Assembly: GCA_947453375.1 (NCBI GenBank)
Contig: CANGGT010000003.1
Location: 1-55,987 of the forward strand
Source of the DNA: Planctomycetaceae bacterium
GTDB taxonomy: Bacteria; Planctomycetota; Planctomycetia; Pirellulales; UBA1268
Direction of reading: 5' to 3'
Length of the DNA stretch: 55,987 nt
Below, piece after piece: positions 30,584 through 41,300 of the stretch (the first letter of the stretch is position 1; each line of letters begins with the position of its first letter). The translations under genes and the position numbers were made by a program. The notes under the pieces are model-generated. The model was not told the origin of the DNA. It did no database searches and saw only the letters and a list, made by a program, of their open reading frames with translations.

Positions 30584-31789
30584 TCAGCCGAGCCGCGGAA
30601 ACATCCGCTCCGCCTCGTGGAGGACGACGAGGCTTTCGGCCCGGTGGGCGAGCCGTTCGACCGCTTCCGGGGTTGCGGCATGGCCGAATTCGAGCTCCTC
30701 GACGAGGCCCTGATCGAGATCGGAGAGGAGAACGAGGCGGCGGTCGCCGAGGGCCTGCGCGAAGAACCTCGTTGTCGCGGCGTCGGTGATGAGGCTCTGG
30801 TCGCCCGAGGCGAGGGCCTCCTCGACCAGGGGCTTGAGCGCCACGCCCTGACGCCAGCGATGGAACACCGGGCCGGGCGGGCTGGCCAATCGACTCGCGA
30901 TGCAGATCGTTCCCTCGGGATGGGTCGTCCGAGCTGCGGCCGCGACGGCGCGGACGAGCTCCGCCATCCCCGGCTCGGGTGTCTCAATCGCGGCGATTGT
31001 CAGCCGTGGCGACCCCGGCAGCCGCGGCCGCCAGAGTTCGGCGTGCCGCCGGGCCGCGCGGTCGGCGGTGAGGGGCGTGCCGAACTCGATGGCATGGACC
31101 GCGCCTCCGCGTCCCGGCACGACCCGGAGCGTGGCCATCGTGCCGAGTTGCCAGCCAATGTCACGGGAGCGTTCGCGGAGCGTTGCCACTCCCTTCCGGC
31201 CGCTCCGCGCCAGGCGAGAGCGAACATCGGCCCGGGCCGCGGCTGGTGCGAAGGCGGGCCAGAGGTCGCCGTCGAGCGCGGACCCACCGAGCGCCGCATC
31301 CCAGGTGAAGACGCCGACGGTGACGACGACGTCGGCATCGACGAGGGTCCGGGCGATGTGGAACGGCGTCCCTTCCGCATCGGGACCGAGATAGGCCGAG
31401 CCCGATTCCTGGGAAGGATCGAAGACGTATTCCCCCGCCGGCAGCGCCGGCGCGACGGCGGCGCTGGCCGGTGTCAGCGGCGGGGCATGGAGGATGGCGA
31501 GGTCGTCGGCGGCAATCCCCGCTGACTCCAGCCGGGCACGGATCGTGGCAACGATCGGGCCGGTCGCGGGGATCGGGCCGGCGAGGGCGACGGCAACGCG
31601 GTCCCCGGGCACGACATGGGCCACGAGGGGGGGACCGTTTCCTGGGGCGTCGATGGCCGTCGCCACGAGGGCCGCCGCCGCGTCTCCCTTGACCCCGGCG
31701 GGGCCGCGGGCATCGAAAGCGACGTCGGCGTCGGACGGCTCGAGGACGAGGGGATCAGTGTTGCCGTAGTCGAGGATGATCGGTTTCAC
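30584..31789 (-). CDS. Divergent lactate racemase (LarA/DUF2088)-domain protein
   Basis: LDYG N-terminus, AIDAP..GPPL..HVVPGDRVAVAL, YLG....GTPFHIARTLVDADVVV. GTG start at 31789 is inferred. Confidence 0.6.
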   Translation of the reverse strand: MKPIILDYGNTDPLVLEPSDADVAFDARGPAGVKGDAAAALVATAIDAPGNGPPLVAHVVPGDRVAVALAGPIPATGPIVATIRARLESAGIAADDLAILHAPPLTPASAAVAPALPAGEYVFDPSQESGSAYLGPDAEGTPFHIARTLVDADVVVTVGVFTWDAALGGSALDGDLWPAFAPAAARADVRSRLARSGRKGVATLRERSRDIGWQLGTMATLRVVPGRGGAVHAIEFGTPLTADRAARRHAELWRPRLPGSPRLTIAAIETPEPGMAELVRAVAAAARTTHPEGTICIASRLASPPGPVFHRWRQGVALKPLVEEALASGDQSLITDAATTRFFAQALGDRRLVLLSDLDQGLVEELEFGHAATPEAVERLAHRAESLVVLHEAERMFPRLG

Positions 31790-32059
31790 GGTGCGGGGCG
31801 CTAAAGAGGCAGAGGGGCCAAGGCCCGCCGAGCGGGGGAACGACGATTCTCGCCCACGCCCGGGCTGGCGAACAGCAGCAGGGCTGCCGCTGCGGGAAAC
31901 CCGACCGTCAGGGATTCCCCCGCCGGCATTCCTTCCCGTACCGGCACGTGCATACCTGGGAGGTGCCACGCTCATCTCCGGTATTCGCGGACGACGATGC
32001 ACAACCATCATCACACCACCTCCGGGGGCCCCCCGGACCTGTCAGAGGAGACCGCTGCC

Positions 32060-32569
32060 ATGCCGTCACATCCCGTCAAACCCGTCCATCGCTCCCTCGT
32101 GGCGCTCCTCGTCGCTGCCGCGGTCGGCGCCACGGCCGGGGCCCAGGAGTCCTACGTCGGCGGGGGGCGCGGCGTGCCGGTGATCGGCGCCCCGGCGAGC
32201 TCTGACTGCGAGAGCTGTCGCTCCCAGATGCGCCCGCCGTGGCACGGCAGCGCCGTGTCTGGATACGGACAGCGTCTTCCGACGGGCCACTGCATGAGCG
32301 GCGCTTGTGGCCCGAGCCATGCCGCACCGTGCCGGTCGTGTGGCCCGGCGGCCTGTGGCCCCGCTCCCTGCGGCCCCTGTGCCCCGGGGATCTGCGGCGT
32401 GACCGGCTTCTGCCATGCCCCCGGCGGGGCCTGGGGCGCCCACTATCCGCTTCCCCCCTGCCTGCCGCGGCTCCATGCCTTCCTTCGCGACGGCATGGTC
32501 CTCTCCCCGCAGCCGCTGGTCGTGCCGAAGTGCCACGAGTGCGGAGCGGTGCTGCCGATGGGCTTCTGA
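32060..32569 (+). CDS. Small secreted Cys/Pro-rich hypothetical protein
   Basis: GAGGAG Shine-Dalgarno before ATG 32060; signal peptide ending AGA-QES; CxxC and CGP repeats. Confidence 0.7.
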   Translation: MPSHPVKPVHRSLVALLVAAAVGATAGAQESYVGGGRGVPVIGAPASSDCESCRSQMRPPWHGSAVSGYGQRLPTGHCMSGACGPSHAAPCRSCGPAACGPAPCGPCAPGICGVTGFCHAPGGAWGAHYPLPPCLPRLHAFLRDGMVLSPQPLVVPKCHECGAVLPMGF

Positions 32570-32583
32570 TCGGGTGACGGTCG

Positions 32584-34008
32584 TCAACGCGTCCAGACCC
32601 AGCCCACGACGAGCATGACCAGCGTGATCACCACCGCTCCGGCGACATCGAGGATCGCCCCGCTGCGGATCATGTCGCGGAGGCGGATCTTGCCCGTGCC
32701 ATAGACGATGGCGTTGCAGGGCGTGCTGACCGGCATCATGAAGCCGAGGCTCGCCGCGAACGTGGCGGCCAGGGCCGCGGTGAGCGGATCACCGCCGCCG
32801 GCCGCCGCCAGGGCCATGGCGACTGGCACGACCATGTTGGCGCTCGCGGTGTTGCTCGTGAACTCGCTGGTGACCACCGCCACGAGCGTCGCGGCCGCGA
32901 CGAGCGCCACGCTCCCCCCCGGCCCGGTCGGCAGCCAGCCGGTGAGGCTCTTCCCCAGCGCCTCGGCCAGTCCGGTGGAGAAGGAGAGTTCGCCGAGGGC
33001 CATGCCGCCGCCGTAGAGAAGGATGATTCCCCAGTCGATCCGCACCGCTTCCTCCCACTCGAGCGCCCTCCGCCCCGGGCCACCGGGGAGGATGAAGAGC
33101 AGCACGGCGCCGACGAGCGCCGCGACCCCCTCGGGGACATGGGCCGCAAACCAGGCCGGCAGGGGGTGCTTCGCGCCGAGGAGAAGGCCGAGGACTCCCG
33201 GCACGATCCACAGGGCGACGGTGGTGCCGAAGGCGATCGCCGTGCTGACCTGTCCGCGCGACCAGGATCCCAGGCCCGTCTGCTCCCGGGCGACGAGCTC
33301 TGCCACGCCGGGGAGCCGGTCGACTCCGGCCGGGAACATCCAGTCGAGGAGGAGCACCGCGAAGAGCGTGAGGATCGCCGCCACCGGCACGCCGATCGCG
33401 CACCAGGCGAGAAACGACACCTCGACGCCGAGCTCGTTGCGGATGAAGGCCAGACCGATGAGATTCGGCGGGGTGCCGATCGGGGTCGCCAGGCCGCCGA
33501 TGCTCGCGGCGAAGGCCACGGCGAGCATCAATCCGGTGGCGAAGCGCGGGTCGAGCTTCGGCCCGGCAGGGGAGCCCTCCCGAGATCCGGCCGGGGGACT
33601 GGCATCGTGAATGGCCGCGAGGATCCCGGCCGCGATCGCCGCCATCATCGCCGTCGTGGCCGTGTTGGAGATGAAGGCGCTGATCGTCGCCGAGACGAGC
33701 GCCACCGCGGCGAGAATCCGCCCTGGTCGCTCTCCGACCGCCGGGAGTCCGAGGACGGCGAACGCCAGCCGCCGATCGAGGCCGTGGACCCGGATCGCCT
33801 CGGCGAGCATGAACGAGCCGAGAAAAAGAAAGACGAGCGGCTCCGAGAAGGGACGGAACACCTCCTTCGCCGGCGCCACGCCCGCCACGACGCAGGCCAC
33901 CGCCCCGAGCAGCGCCGTCACCGGCAGCGGCAGGGCCTCGGTCACCCACAGCACCACGACCCCCACGAGGATCACGGCCAGACTCTGGGCCTCGGGGGTG
34001 AGTGGCAT
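32584..34008 (-). CDS. DASS/SLC13 sodium:dicarboxylate/sulfate symporter
   Basis: FISNTAT, TPIGTPPN, EFTSNTAS and PVSTPCNAIV; many TM helices. Confidence 0.93.
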   Translation of the reverse strand: MPLTPEAQSLAVILVGVVVLWVTEALPLPVTALLGAVACVVAGVAPAKEVFRPFSEPLVFLFLGSFMLAEAIRVHGLDRRLAFAVLGLPAVGERPGRILAAVALVSATISAFISNTATTAMMAAIAAGILAAIHDASPPAGSREGSPAGPKLDPRFATGLMLAVAFAASIGGLATPIGTPPNLIGLAFIRNELGVEVSFLAWCAIGVPVAAILTLFAVLLLDWMFPAGVDRLPGVAELVAREQTGLGSWSRGQVSTAIAFGTTVALWIVPGVLGLLLGAKHPLPAWFAAHVPEGVAALVGAVLLFILPGGPGRRALEWEEAVRIDWGIILLYGGGMALGELSFSTGLAEALGKSLTGWLPTGPGGSVALVAAATLVAVVTSEFTSNTASANMVVPVAMALAAAGGGDPLTAALAATFAASLGFMMPVSTPCNAIVYGTGKIRLRDMIRSGAILDVAGAVVITLVMLVVGWVWTR

Positions 34009-34019
34009 GGGCGTGCGAG

Positions 34020-34057
34020 AAAAAATCCCCCGGGGGAGCACTGGCTCCCCCGGGGGA
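34020..34057 (-). terminator. Rho-independent terminator after ppdK
   Basis: Perfect 14-bp stem TCCCCCGGGGGAGC/GCTCCCCCGGGGGA with A6 at 34020-34025, a U-tail on the minus strand. Confidence 0.85.
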
Positions 34058-34088
34058 CATGGTGGTTTCTAAGACCGATCGACCAGTG

Positions 34089-36860
34089 TCACCAGGTCTT
34101 GCCGAGGGCGGCCTGAGCCGCCGCCAGCCGGGCGACCGGCAGGCGGAACGGCGAGCAGCTGACGTAATCCAGACCGAGGTGGTGGCAGAAGAGCACCGAG
34201 TGGGGATCGCCACCATGCTCGCCGCAGATGCCGAGCTTGATGTCGGGCCGCGTCTTCCGCCCCTTCTCGACGGCGGTCTGCATGAGCGAGCCGACGCCGG
34301 TGGTGTCGATCGAGGCGAACGGGTTCGCCTTGAAGATCCCGAGGTCGGTGTACTTCTGCAGGAAGGAGCCCATGTCGTCGCGGCTCATGCCGAGGCAGGT
34401 CTGGGTGAGGTCGTTGGTGCCGAAGCTGAAGAACTCGGCGCTCTCGGCGATCTCGTCGGCCGTGAGGGCGCCGCGCGGGATCTCGATCATCGTGCCGACG
34501 AGATACTTCACCTTGATGCCCGTCTCCTTCGCCACCTGAGCCGCCGTGGCGTGGACGATCTCGAGCTGGTTGTCGAGTTCCTTCTTGAAGCCCACGAGCG
34601 GGATCATGATCTCCGGCTTCACCTTGATGCCGGCCTTCTGAACCTTCGCGGCCGCCTCGAACACGGCCCGGGCCTGCATCTCGGAGATCTCGGGGTAGCT
34701 GACGCCGAGGCGGCAGCCACGGTGGCCGAGCATCGGGTTGAACTCGTGGAGCGCCTCGACGCGGCGGTGGACGACCTCGACGGGAAGCTTGAGCTTCTTC
34801 GCCAGATCGGCCTGGGCCTTCTCGTCGTGCGGCACGAACTCATGGAGCGGCGGGTCGAGGAAGCGGATCGTGGCCGGGCGGCCGTCGAGGGCCCGGAAGA
34901 TCCCCTCGAAATCGTCGCGCTGGTAGGGAAGGAGCTTCGCGAGGGCCGCACGGCGGGCGTCGAGCGACTCGGCGAGGATCATCTCCCGCATCGCGTCGAT
35001 CCGGTTGCCCTCGAAGAACATGTGCTCCGTCCGCGTCAGGCCGATCCCCTCGGCACCGAAGGCGATCGCGTGCCGGACCTGCTCCGGGGTGTCGGCATTC
35101 GTGCGGATGCCGAGCTTCCGGTGCTTGTCGGCAAGCTTCATGATGAAGGCGTAGTACTGGTAGACCTCCGAGTCTTCCGGCTTCATCGTGTTGGTGACGA
35201 GCACCTGCTTGAGCTCGCTGTCGGCGGTCTTGATGGCGCCCGCGAACACCTCGCCGGTGCTCCCGTTGATGGAGATGTCCTCTCCCTCCTTGAGCGTCGT
35301 CGAGCCGCAGACGAGCGTCCCCTTGGCGTAATCGATGGAGATCGCGCCGGCACCGGCCACGCACACCTTGCCCATCTGCCGGGCGACGAGGGCAGCGTGG
35401 CTGGAAACACCACCGCGGCTGGTGAGGATGCCCTCGGCCGCGATCATGCCACGGAGATCCTCTGGGCTCGTCTCGACGCGGGCGAGAACGACCTTCTTCC
35501 CCTTCTCGGCGAGCTCCTCGGCCTTGGCGGCCGAGAAGACGAGCTGCCCGGTGGCTGCACCGGGGCCGGCGGCCAGGCCGGTCGTCAGCACGCGGCCCGA
35601 CTTCTTCGCCTTTTCGTAGTCGGCCCGGTCGAAGATCGGGGCGAGGAGCTGCGAGAGGGCATCCGGATCGGCGCTCTGGATGGCGTGCTCCGGGGTCATG
35701 AGCTTCTGCTTGACCATGTCGTGGGCGATCTTCACGTACGCCAGCGCCGTCCGCTTTCCGTGACGGGTCTGGAGCATGTAGAGCTTCTTCTTCTCCACCG
35801 TGAACTCGAAGTCCTGGACGTCGCCGAACTTCTTCTCGAGCTTCTCGCGGACCTTCTCGAGCTGCTTGTAGGTGGCGGCGAACTCGGTGTCGTGGGCCAT
35901 TTCGACGACCGGCTTCGGCGTGCGGACGCCGGCCACGACGTCTTCGCCCTGGGCGTTGACGAGGTATTCGCCGTAGAAGACGTCCTCGCCGGTGGCCGGG
36001 TCGCGGGTGAAGGCCACGCCGGTGGCGCAGTCATCGCCCATGTTGCCGAACACCATGCTCTGAACGTTGACGGCGGTGCCCCACTCGTCGGGGATCTTGT
36101 ACTTGCGACGGTAGATGATCGCCCGCTCGTTCATCCAGCTGCCGAAGACGGCCGTGATGGCTCCGATGAGCTGCTCGAAGGGATCCTGCGGGAAGGTCTT
36201 CCCGGTGCGCTCCTTGATGAGCTTCTGGAAGCGGCTGATGAGATCCTTGAGGTGATCCTCGGTGAGGGCGGTGTCTTCCTCGACGTGGGCCTGGTGCTTG
36301 ACCTTCTCCATCACCTCTTCGAACGGGTCGTGCTCGTTCTCGTGGCGCTTCTGCACGCCCATGACGACGTCGCCATACATCTGGATGAAGCGGCGGTAGG
36401 AGTCGAAGGCGAAGCGGCCGTTGCCGGTGGCCTTTTTGAGCCCTTCGACGGTCTTGTCGTTGAGGCCGAGGTTGAGGATCGTGTCCATCATGCCCGGCAT
36501 GCTGTCGCGGGCACCGGAGCGTACGCTCACCAGGAGTGCGTTGGCCGGGTCGCCGAACTTCTTCCCGGTCTCCTTCTCGAGCATCTTCACGTAGTGGGCG
36601 ATCTCCTCCTCGAGCCCCTTGGGAAACTTCTTCCCCGAGGTGTAGTAGTCGATGCACATCTGCGTCGTGATCGTGAATCCCGGAGGAACCGGAAGCCCGA
36701 TCTTCGTCATCTGCGCGAGGTTGGCCCCCTTGCCACCGATGATCGCCTTCATGGTGCCGTCGCCGTCGCACCGGTCGGCGCCGAAGTAATAGATCATCCG
36801 CCCTGGCTTGGACGCGGCGGGCTTCTTGGCGGCGGACTTCTTCGCGGACGATTTGGCCAT
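34089..36860 (-). CDS. ppdK: Pyruvate, phosphate dikinase
   Basis: [46 protein letters not shown] and [10 protein letters not shown]; start ATG 36860. Confidence 0.98.
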   Translation of the reverse strand: MAKSSAKKSAAKKPAASKPGRMIYYFGADRCDGDGTMKAIIGGKGANLAQMTKIGLPVPPGFTITTQMCIDYYTSGKKFPKGLEEEIAHYVKMLEKETGKKFGDPANALLVSVRSGARDSMPGMMDTILNLGLNDKTVEGLKKATGNGRFAFDSYRRFIQMYGDVVMGVQKRHENEHDPFEEVMEKVKHQAHVEEDTALTEDHLKDLISRFQKLIKERTGKTFPQDPFEQLIGAITAVFGSWMNERAIIYRRKYKIPDEWGTAVNVQSMVFGNMGDDCATGVAFTRDPATGEDVFYGEYLVNAQGEDVVAGVRTPKPVVEMAHDTEFAATYKQLEKVREKLEKKFGDVQDFEFTVEKKKLYMLQTRHGKRTALAYVKIAHDMVKQKLMTPEHAIQSADPDALSQLLAPIFDRADYEKAKKSGRVLTTGLAAGPGAATGQLVFSAAKAEELAEKGKKVVLARVETSPEDLRGMIAAEGILTSRGGVSSHAALVARQMGKVCVAGAGAISIDYAKGTLVCGSTTLKEGEDISINGSTGEVFAGAIKTADSELKQVLVTNTMKPEDSEVYQYYAFIMKLADKHRKLGIRTNADTPEQVRHAIAFGAEGIGLTRTEHMFFEGNRIDAMREMILAESLDARRAALAKLLPYQRDDFEGIFRALDGRPATIRFLDPPLHEFVPHDEKAQADLAKKLKLPVEVVHRRVEALHEFNPMLGHRGCRLGVSYPEISEMQARAVFEAAAKVQKAGIKVKPEIMIPLVGFKKELDNQLEIVHATAAQVAKETGIKVKYLVGTMIEIPRGALTADEIAESAEFFSFGTNDLTQTCLGMSRDDMGSFLQKYTDLGIFKANPFASIDTTGVGSLMQTAVEKGRKTRPDIKLGICGEHGGDPHSVLFCHHLGLDYVSCSPFRLPVARLAAAQAALGKTW

Positions 36861-36922
36861 GGGGGCGACGTGACCTTTCGGGGAGGGGGAAACCTGCGGA
36901 AAAAAGGGTCTAAGCCGCGTCG

Positions 36923-36951
36923 AATCTACGTTCACGTTTCCCGGGCGTCAA
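36923..36951 (-). promoter_or_regulatory. Sigma70-type promoter for ppdK
   Basis: Minus-strand TTGACG-17 nt-TAGATT. Confidence 0.55.
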
Positions 36952-37114
36952 CGCGGCGCCCCGGCGGGATGGCGGCCGGCGGGCGGGAGGGCTTCTGCCG
37001 CCGCAAACGGCTCGTTTTCCAGGAGTCGCGGTGGACCCGCGCGAGGGGGGATGGCGGCTTTCCGGGCGGGCGGCCTGCCGGGGCCGTGGCGATTTCCCCG
37101 CCGTCGGAGCACCG

Positions 37115-38239
37115 TCAGCCCCCCTGCCCCGCCGCGTCGGCCCGGCGGATCGCCTCCTCCACCATCCCGGCCGTCACCGGGAACGGCTCGTTGTGCGTCA
37201 CCTCGCCCGGCTGCACCGCGCGCTCCGCGATCCGGCTGAGCATTGCCCCGTCGATGTCACCGAGACCGATTTGACCGAGCGTCACCGGCAAGCCGACCGA
37301 TCGGCAGAAGGCGACGACCTCGTCGATCTCTCCGGCCGGCGCATCCTCGAGGCAGAGCTGGGCGAGCGTTCCGAAGGCGACTTTCTCCCCGTGGAGCGCG
37401 GCGTGGCAACCGGGGGCGACCGTCAAACCATTGTGGATCCCGTGGGCAGCCGCCAGCCCCGCCGATTCGAAGCCGAGCCCTGAAAGAAGCGTGTTGGCCT
37501 CCACGATCCGCGCGAAGGCCCCTCGCGCCTCGGCGTCGAGCGTGCCGGCGCCATCGAGTTGCCCTGCCCGGTGGGCAGCGATCGCCAAAGCGCCATCCGC
37601 CCGCAGCGTCGTCCAGCAGAGCTCGGCAAGGGCGAGCGCGGCGCGGGTCGTCGTTCCGCCACGGCTGTGGGTCGCGCCCGATCGGGCGCAGGCCCGAGCC
37701 TCGAACCAGGTCGACAGCGCATCCCCCATCCCCGCCACGAGGTAGCGGTCGGGCGCGGCAAGGATGACGTCGGTGTCGACGAGGACGAGGGCGGGGTTTT
37801 GCGGATGGAGCCTCACCTCCTCGACAACGCCTGAGTCGCTGTAGACGACGGAGATCGCGCTGGTCGGTGCGTCGGTCGAAGCGATCGTCGGGCAGGAGAC
37901 GATGTCGAGATCGAGCTCTGCGGCCACCGCGCGGGCCGTGTCGATCGCCTTCCCGCCCCCCGCCCCGACGATCGTCCGCGCCGAGAGGCGCCTCGCCACA
38001 TCGGCCACCGCGGCGATCTCGCGCCGGGAACATTCGCCGCCGAAGGGATGGATGACAGGGGCGAAGCCGGCGGTCTCGAGCGACTGCTCCCAGATCGCGC
38101 CGAGCCTCCGGATTGCCGAGGCACCGGCGAGGACGAGCACCGGCCCTCCGAGGCCGAGCCGCGTCATCTCGTCCCCGAGCGTGGCCGCCACCCCCGGCCC
38201 CTGCACGTATCGCGCCGGCGCCGCAAATATCTCGGCCAT
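37115..38239 (-). CDS. gldA: Glycerol dehydrogenase
   Basis: P.RYVQG, GGGKAIDTA, PTIASTDAPTS, GLAAAHGIHNG and HGEKVAFG. Confidence 0.93.
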   Translation of the reverse strand: MAEIFAAPARYVQGPGVAATLGDEMTRLGLGGPVLVLAGASAIRRLGAIWEQSLETAGFAPVIHPFGGECSRREIAAVADVARRLSARTIVGAGGGKAIDTARAVAAELDLDIVSCPTIASTDAPTSAISVVYSDSGVVEEVRLHPQNPALVLVDTDVILAAPDRYLVAGMGDALSTWFEARACARSGATHSRGGTTTRAALALAELCWTTLRADGALAIAAHRAGQLDGAGTLDAEARGAFARIVEANTLLSGLGFESAGLAAAHGIHNGLTVAPGCHAALHGEKVAFGTLAQLCLEDAPAGEIDEVVAFCRSVGLPVTLGQIGLGDIDGAMLSRIAERAVQPGEVTHNEPFPVTAGMVEEAIRRADAAGQGG

Positions 38240-38332
38240 GGTCAGGCTCCTGAAGGATCGGTCTGTGTCACTCGCCGCCAGCGGCCAAGGTCGCGCTTCA
38301 ATGTGCCGGGGCGTTTCCCGTGTTGCCCGACA

Positions 38333-41300
38333 TCATTCCGACGTGCCGAGCCAGCGGTCGATGATCGTGTCGATGGCGCCATCCTCCTTCATCGTCAGGA
38401 TCACAGCGTTGAACCGCTCGCGGAGCGGGCTCCCTGGCGGCACGACGATCCCGAAGTCGAACGACTCAAAGACGGGCCCCACCAGCCGATAGTTCGATCG
38501 ACCAGGCCGCGAGATCGCATGACGCAGGGTTTGGTTCTCGGCGACGATGGCCTCCACCTCCCCGGCGTCGGCCGCTGCGAACACCTCGTCGAAGGTGCGA
38601 TATTCCATCGGGATACCGCTGCGGGCGCGGATCGCCGGCCCCGAGACGCCAGTGGCCTGCGTGCCGATCACCCGGCCGGCCATGTCGCGCGGCCCGTGGA
38701 TCGCTCCCCCGATCCGTTCGGCGGTGAGCGTCGCCGCAAGGCTTCCGGTGAATAGCGCGATGAGCACCGTTCCGACGAGCATCCACGCTGTCGCCAGGAT
38801 CCGCCCTGGCACCGTGTCGACATGCTTGTCGTCGCAGCCACTGGCGATCAGCGTGCTGATCCCCCACCACGTCCCCTCCCACACGCCCCGCCGCCAGTCG
38901 CGGGGAAAACTCTTCTCGTTGACGCCGCGCTCGCACCACCAGAGCACATGCCCCACGAGTACCGTGAGGAGGATGAGCCCGGCAAGCAACTGCAGGGCGT
39001 CACGCGTGAACAGGATCGAAAGCGGAGCGAGATAGGGATCGTCGTCGGTCTTCGGCACCGCGATTCTCAAGCCCGAATGGAACACCGAGTGGGTGAAGTC
39101 GAACTCAGCCTCCCGCTCGCGCGTCATCGCCACCGGCCCGAGGAACAGATCGGCCTCCCCCCGTCGTAAGGCCTCGAGGCCCTCGGCGAGCGAGTCCTTG
39201 ATGATGTACTCGGTGGTCACGCCGAGCCGAAGCGTCATGTCGTCCCACATGTCGACCGATGGCCCTGTCGGCTTGCCGTCGGTGATCCCGAGCGTCACTC
39301 CCACCGGCGCGACGCCGACCCGAAGCGTTTCAGCAGCGGAGACCGAGTCGCCGTCACCACTGGCCAGACACGCCGCAAACAAGAGCGTGGTTACGGCGGC
39401 TCCGCGCCGCCCCCAGGTCGCCGCAGCCACAAGCATTCCTCCGAGAGCGAGCAGTCCAAACGCCGCCGGCAGCACGCCGGCCGGGAGTGTTGTCGAGGCC
39501 CCGGTGGCCAGCGCCTCCATGCCCCCCTCGGCCACGCCCCCGCCGGCAAGCGCCAGGAGAAGCAGCGGCATCGTGTTGTGGACGGAGTGGAGCACGATCG
39601 CCGGGAGGATGCTTCCCGTGGCGACACGCAGCACGCCAGCCACGATCCCGAGGGAAAAGGTCGCCGGCATCCGCTCCGGGAGGAGATGGGCCGCGGCGAA
39701 CAAGGCCGCCTGGACAACGACCGCGACCGCGAGCCGCCTCCGCGTCGGCCGTTCGCCGGAGAGCGCCGAGAGGAGCCAGCCACGGAAGAGCAGCTCCTCG
39801 GCCACCGGAGGCACAAGTGCCATGAGCGTCCACGACACCCACCAGGGATGCTGCTGGATGAGGCCAATGAGCCGCTCGGAAAGGCTGCGGATCGCCGGCG
39901 AGACCTCCGTCCCCTGCAGCGCGAGCATCACCGCAGCGGAGACGATGAACAATCCCGCCCCGAGGCTCGCCGCCCCCAGGGCCGCCGCCACGGCCCGGCC
40001 CGCCGAGCAGGGAACGCCAAGGCCGAGCGTTCGCACGACATCAACCCGCTGCCAGGCGAGCATCGCCAGCAGCGGCAGGACCACGGCCACCCCCTGATGG
40101 ATCGGGATGCCCAAGAGGAGATTTTCCGGCGTGAGGGCTTGGACATACCAAAGGGCCGCCAGCCCCACCACGACCGGAATGATTCCCTGGGGGATGGTCG
40201 GGACGATGCGCGGGGCCGGCCGGCTGAGGACCCCGGCAGCGGCATCGGGCCCGCGGAAGAGGATCTCCTCGTCGGTGAGCAAATGCGCGGTGCCGCGGAG
40301 CAGCAGCGCCGTCAGGACGGCCGATGAGAGGAGCGTGAGGAGGAGAGGGAGGAGTGCCTGAATGATCCCTCCGCCGCTGTTGTCCGGGGTGCCTGTGAGG
40401 ATGTCGCGGGCCACCATCACCTGTCCTGTGAACGGCACGAGCGCCAGGGGGCCGTCGCCGCGGAGCCCCGGCACGAGCGCCGTGCCGGCCAGCGCCGCGA
40501 CGAGGAGGATCACCGGCGTGAGGGTGTTCTGCGCTTCCTTGCCACTCTTCGACGCGGTCGTCACCGCCAGGCAGGTCGCCGCGGCGAGCGCCGCCAGACC
40601 GACGAACGCGATCACGGTCACCACGGCCCCGGCCCCCAGCGAGGGGAGATGAGAGGCAGCGCCGGCCGGGAGGAAGCGGAGGCCAACGGCACTGGTCAGG
40701 GCGATCGAGAGGCAATTGGCCGCGAGCGTCGCGAGGGTCACGGCGTAGACGGCGAGGAACTTCCCGAACACGATGCTGCCGGTGCTGCACGGGGCCATGA
40801 GGAGCGTCTCGATCGTTCCCCGCTCCTTCTCGCCGGCGATCGCGTCGATGGCCGGATAGAAGGCGCCGGTCATCGTCAGAACGGCCAGAAGAACGAGGAT
40901 CGATGCGGTGAGCGCGGGGAGGATCTTCTCGGTGGCCACCGTCGGGGCACCGGATGTCTCCCCGAGGATCCGAAGGCGGATCGGCCGGAGGACGCTCTCC
41001 GGCAACCCGGCCCGGCTCACCCGGCCGGCGCGGATCGTCTCGGCGACGCCGCGGATCACCCCCTCGAACTGCTCCCGCGAGCGCCCGATCGCGCGCCGCG
41101 AGGGGAAACGGACGTCGAGGTCGACCGTCCCTTGGGCGTCGAGGGCCGCGACGATTCCTTCCGGGGCATCGACCCAAACGTCGGCGGCTCCGTCCTCGAC
41201 TGCCGCGATGGCCGTTTCGACGTCGCCGTGGAGGAAGAAGGTGCTCGAAGGCCAGGAAGCGTCTCCGCCACCGGCCGGCTTTCCCCCTTTCACCACTCCA

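Noticed and set aside
34002-37274. 1090-aa plus-strand ORF, and similar long ORFs such as 51-1964, 18381-20399, 23805-25496 and 49533-51767
   Set aside because: These are antisense shadows of well-supported genes. High GC3 removes stop codons on the opposite strand, and they carry no recognisable motifs.
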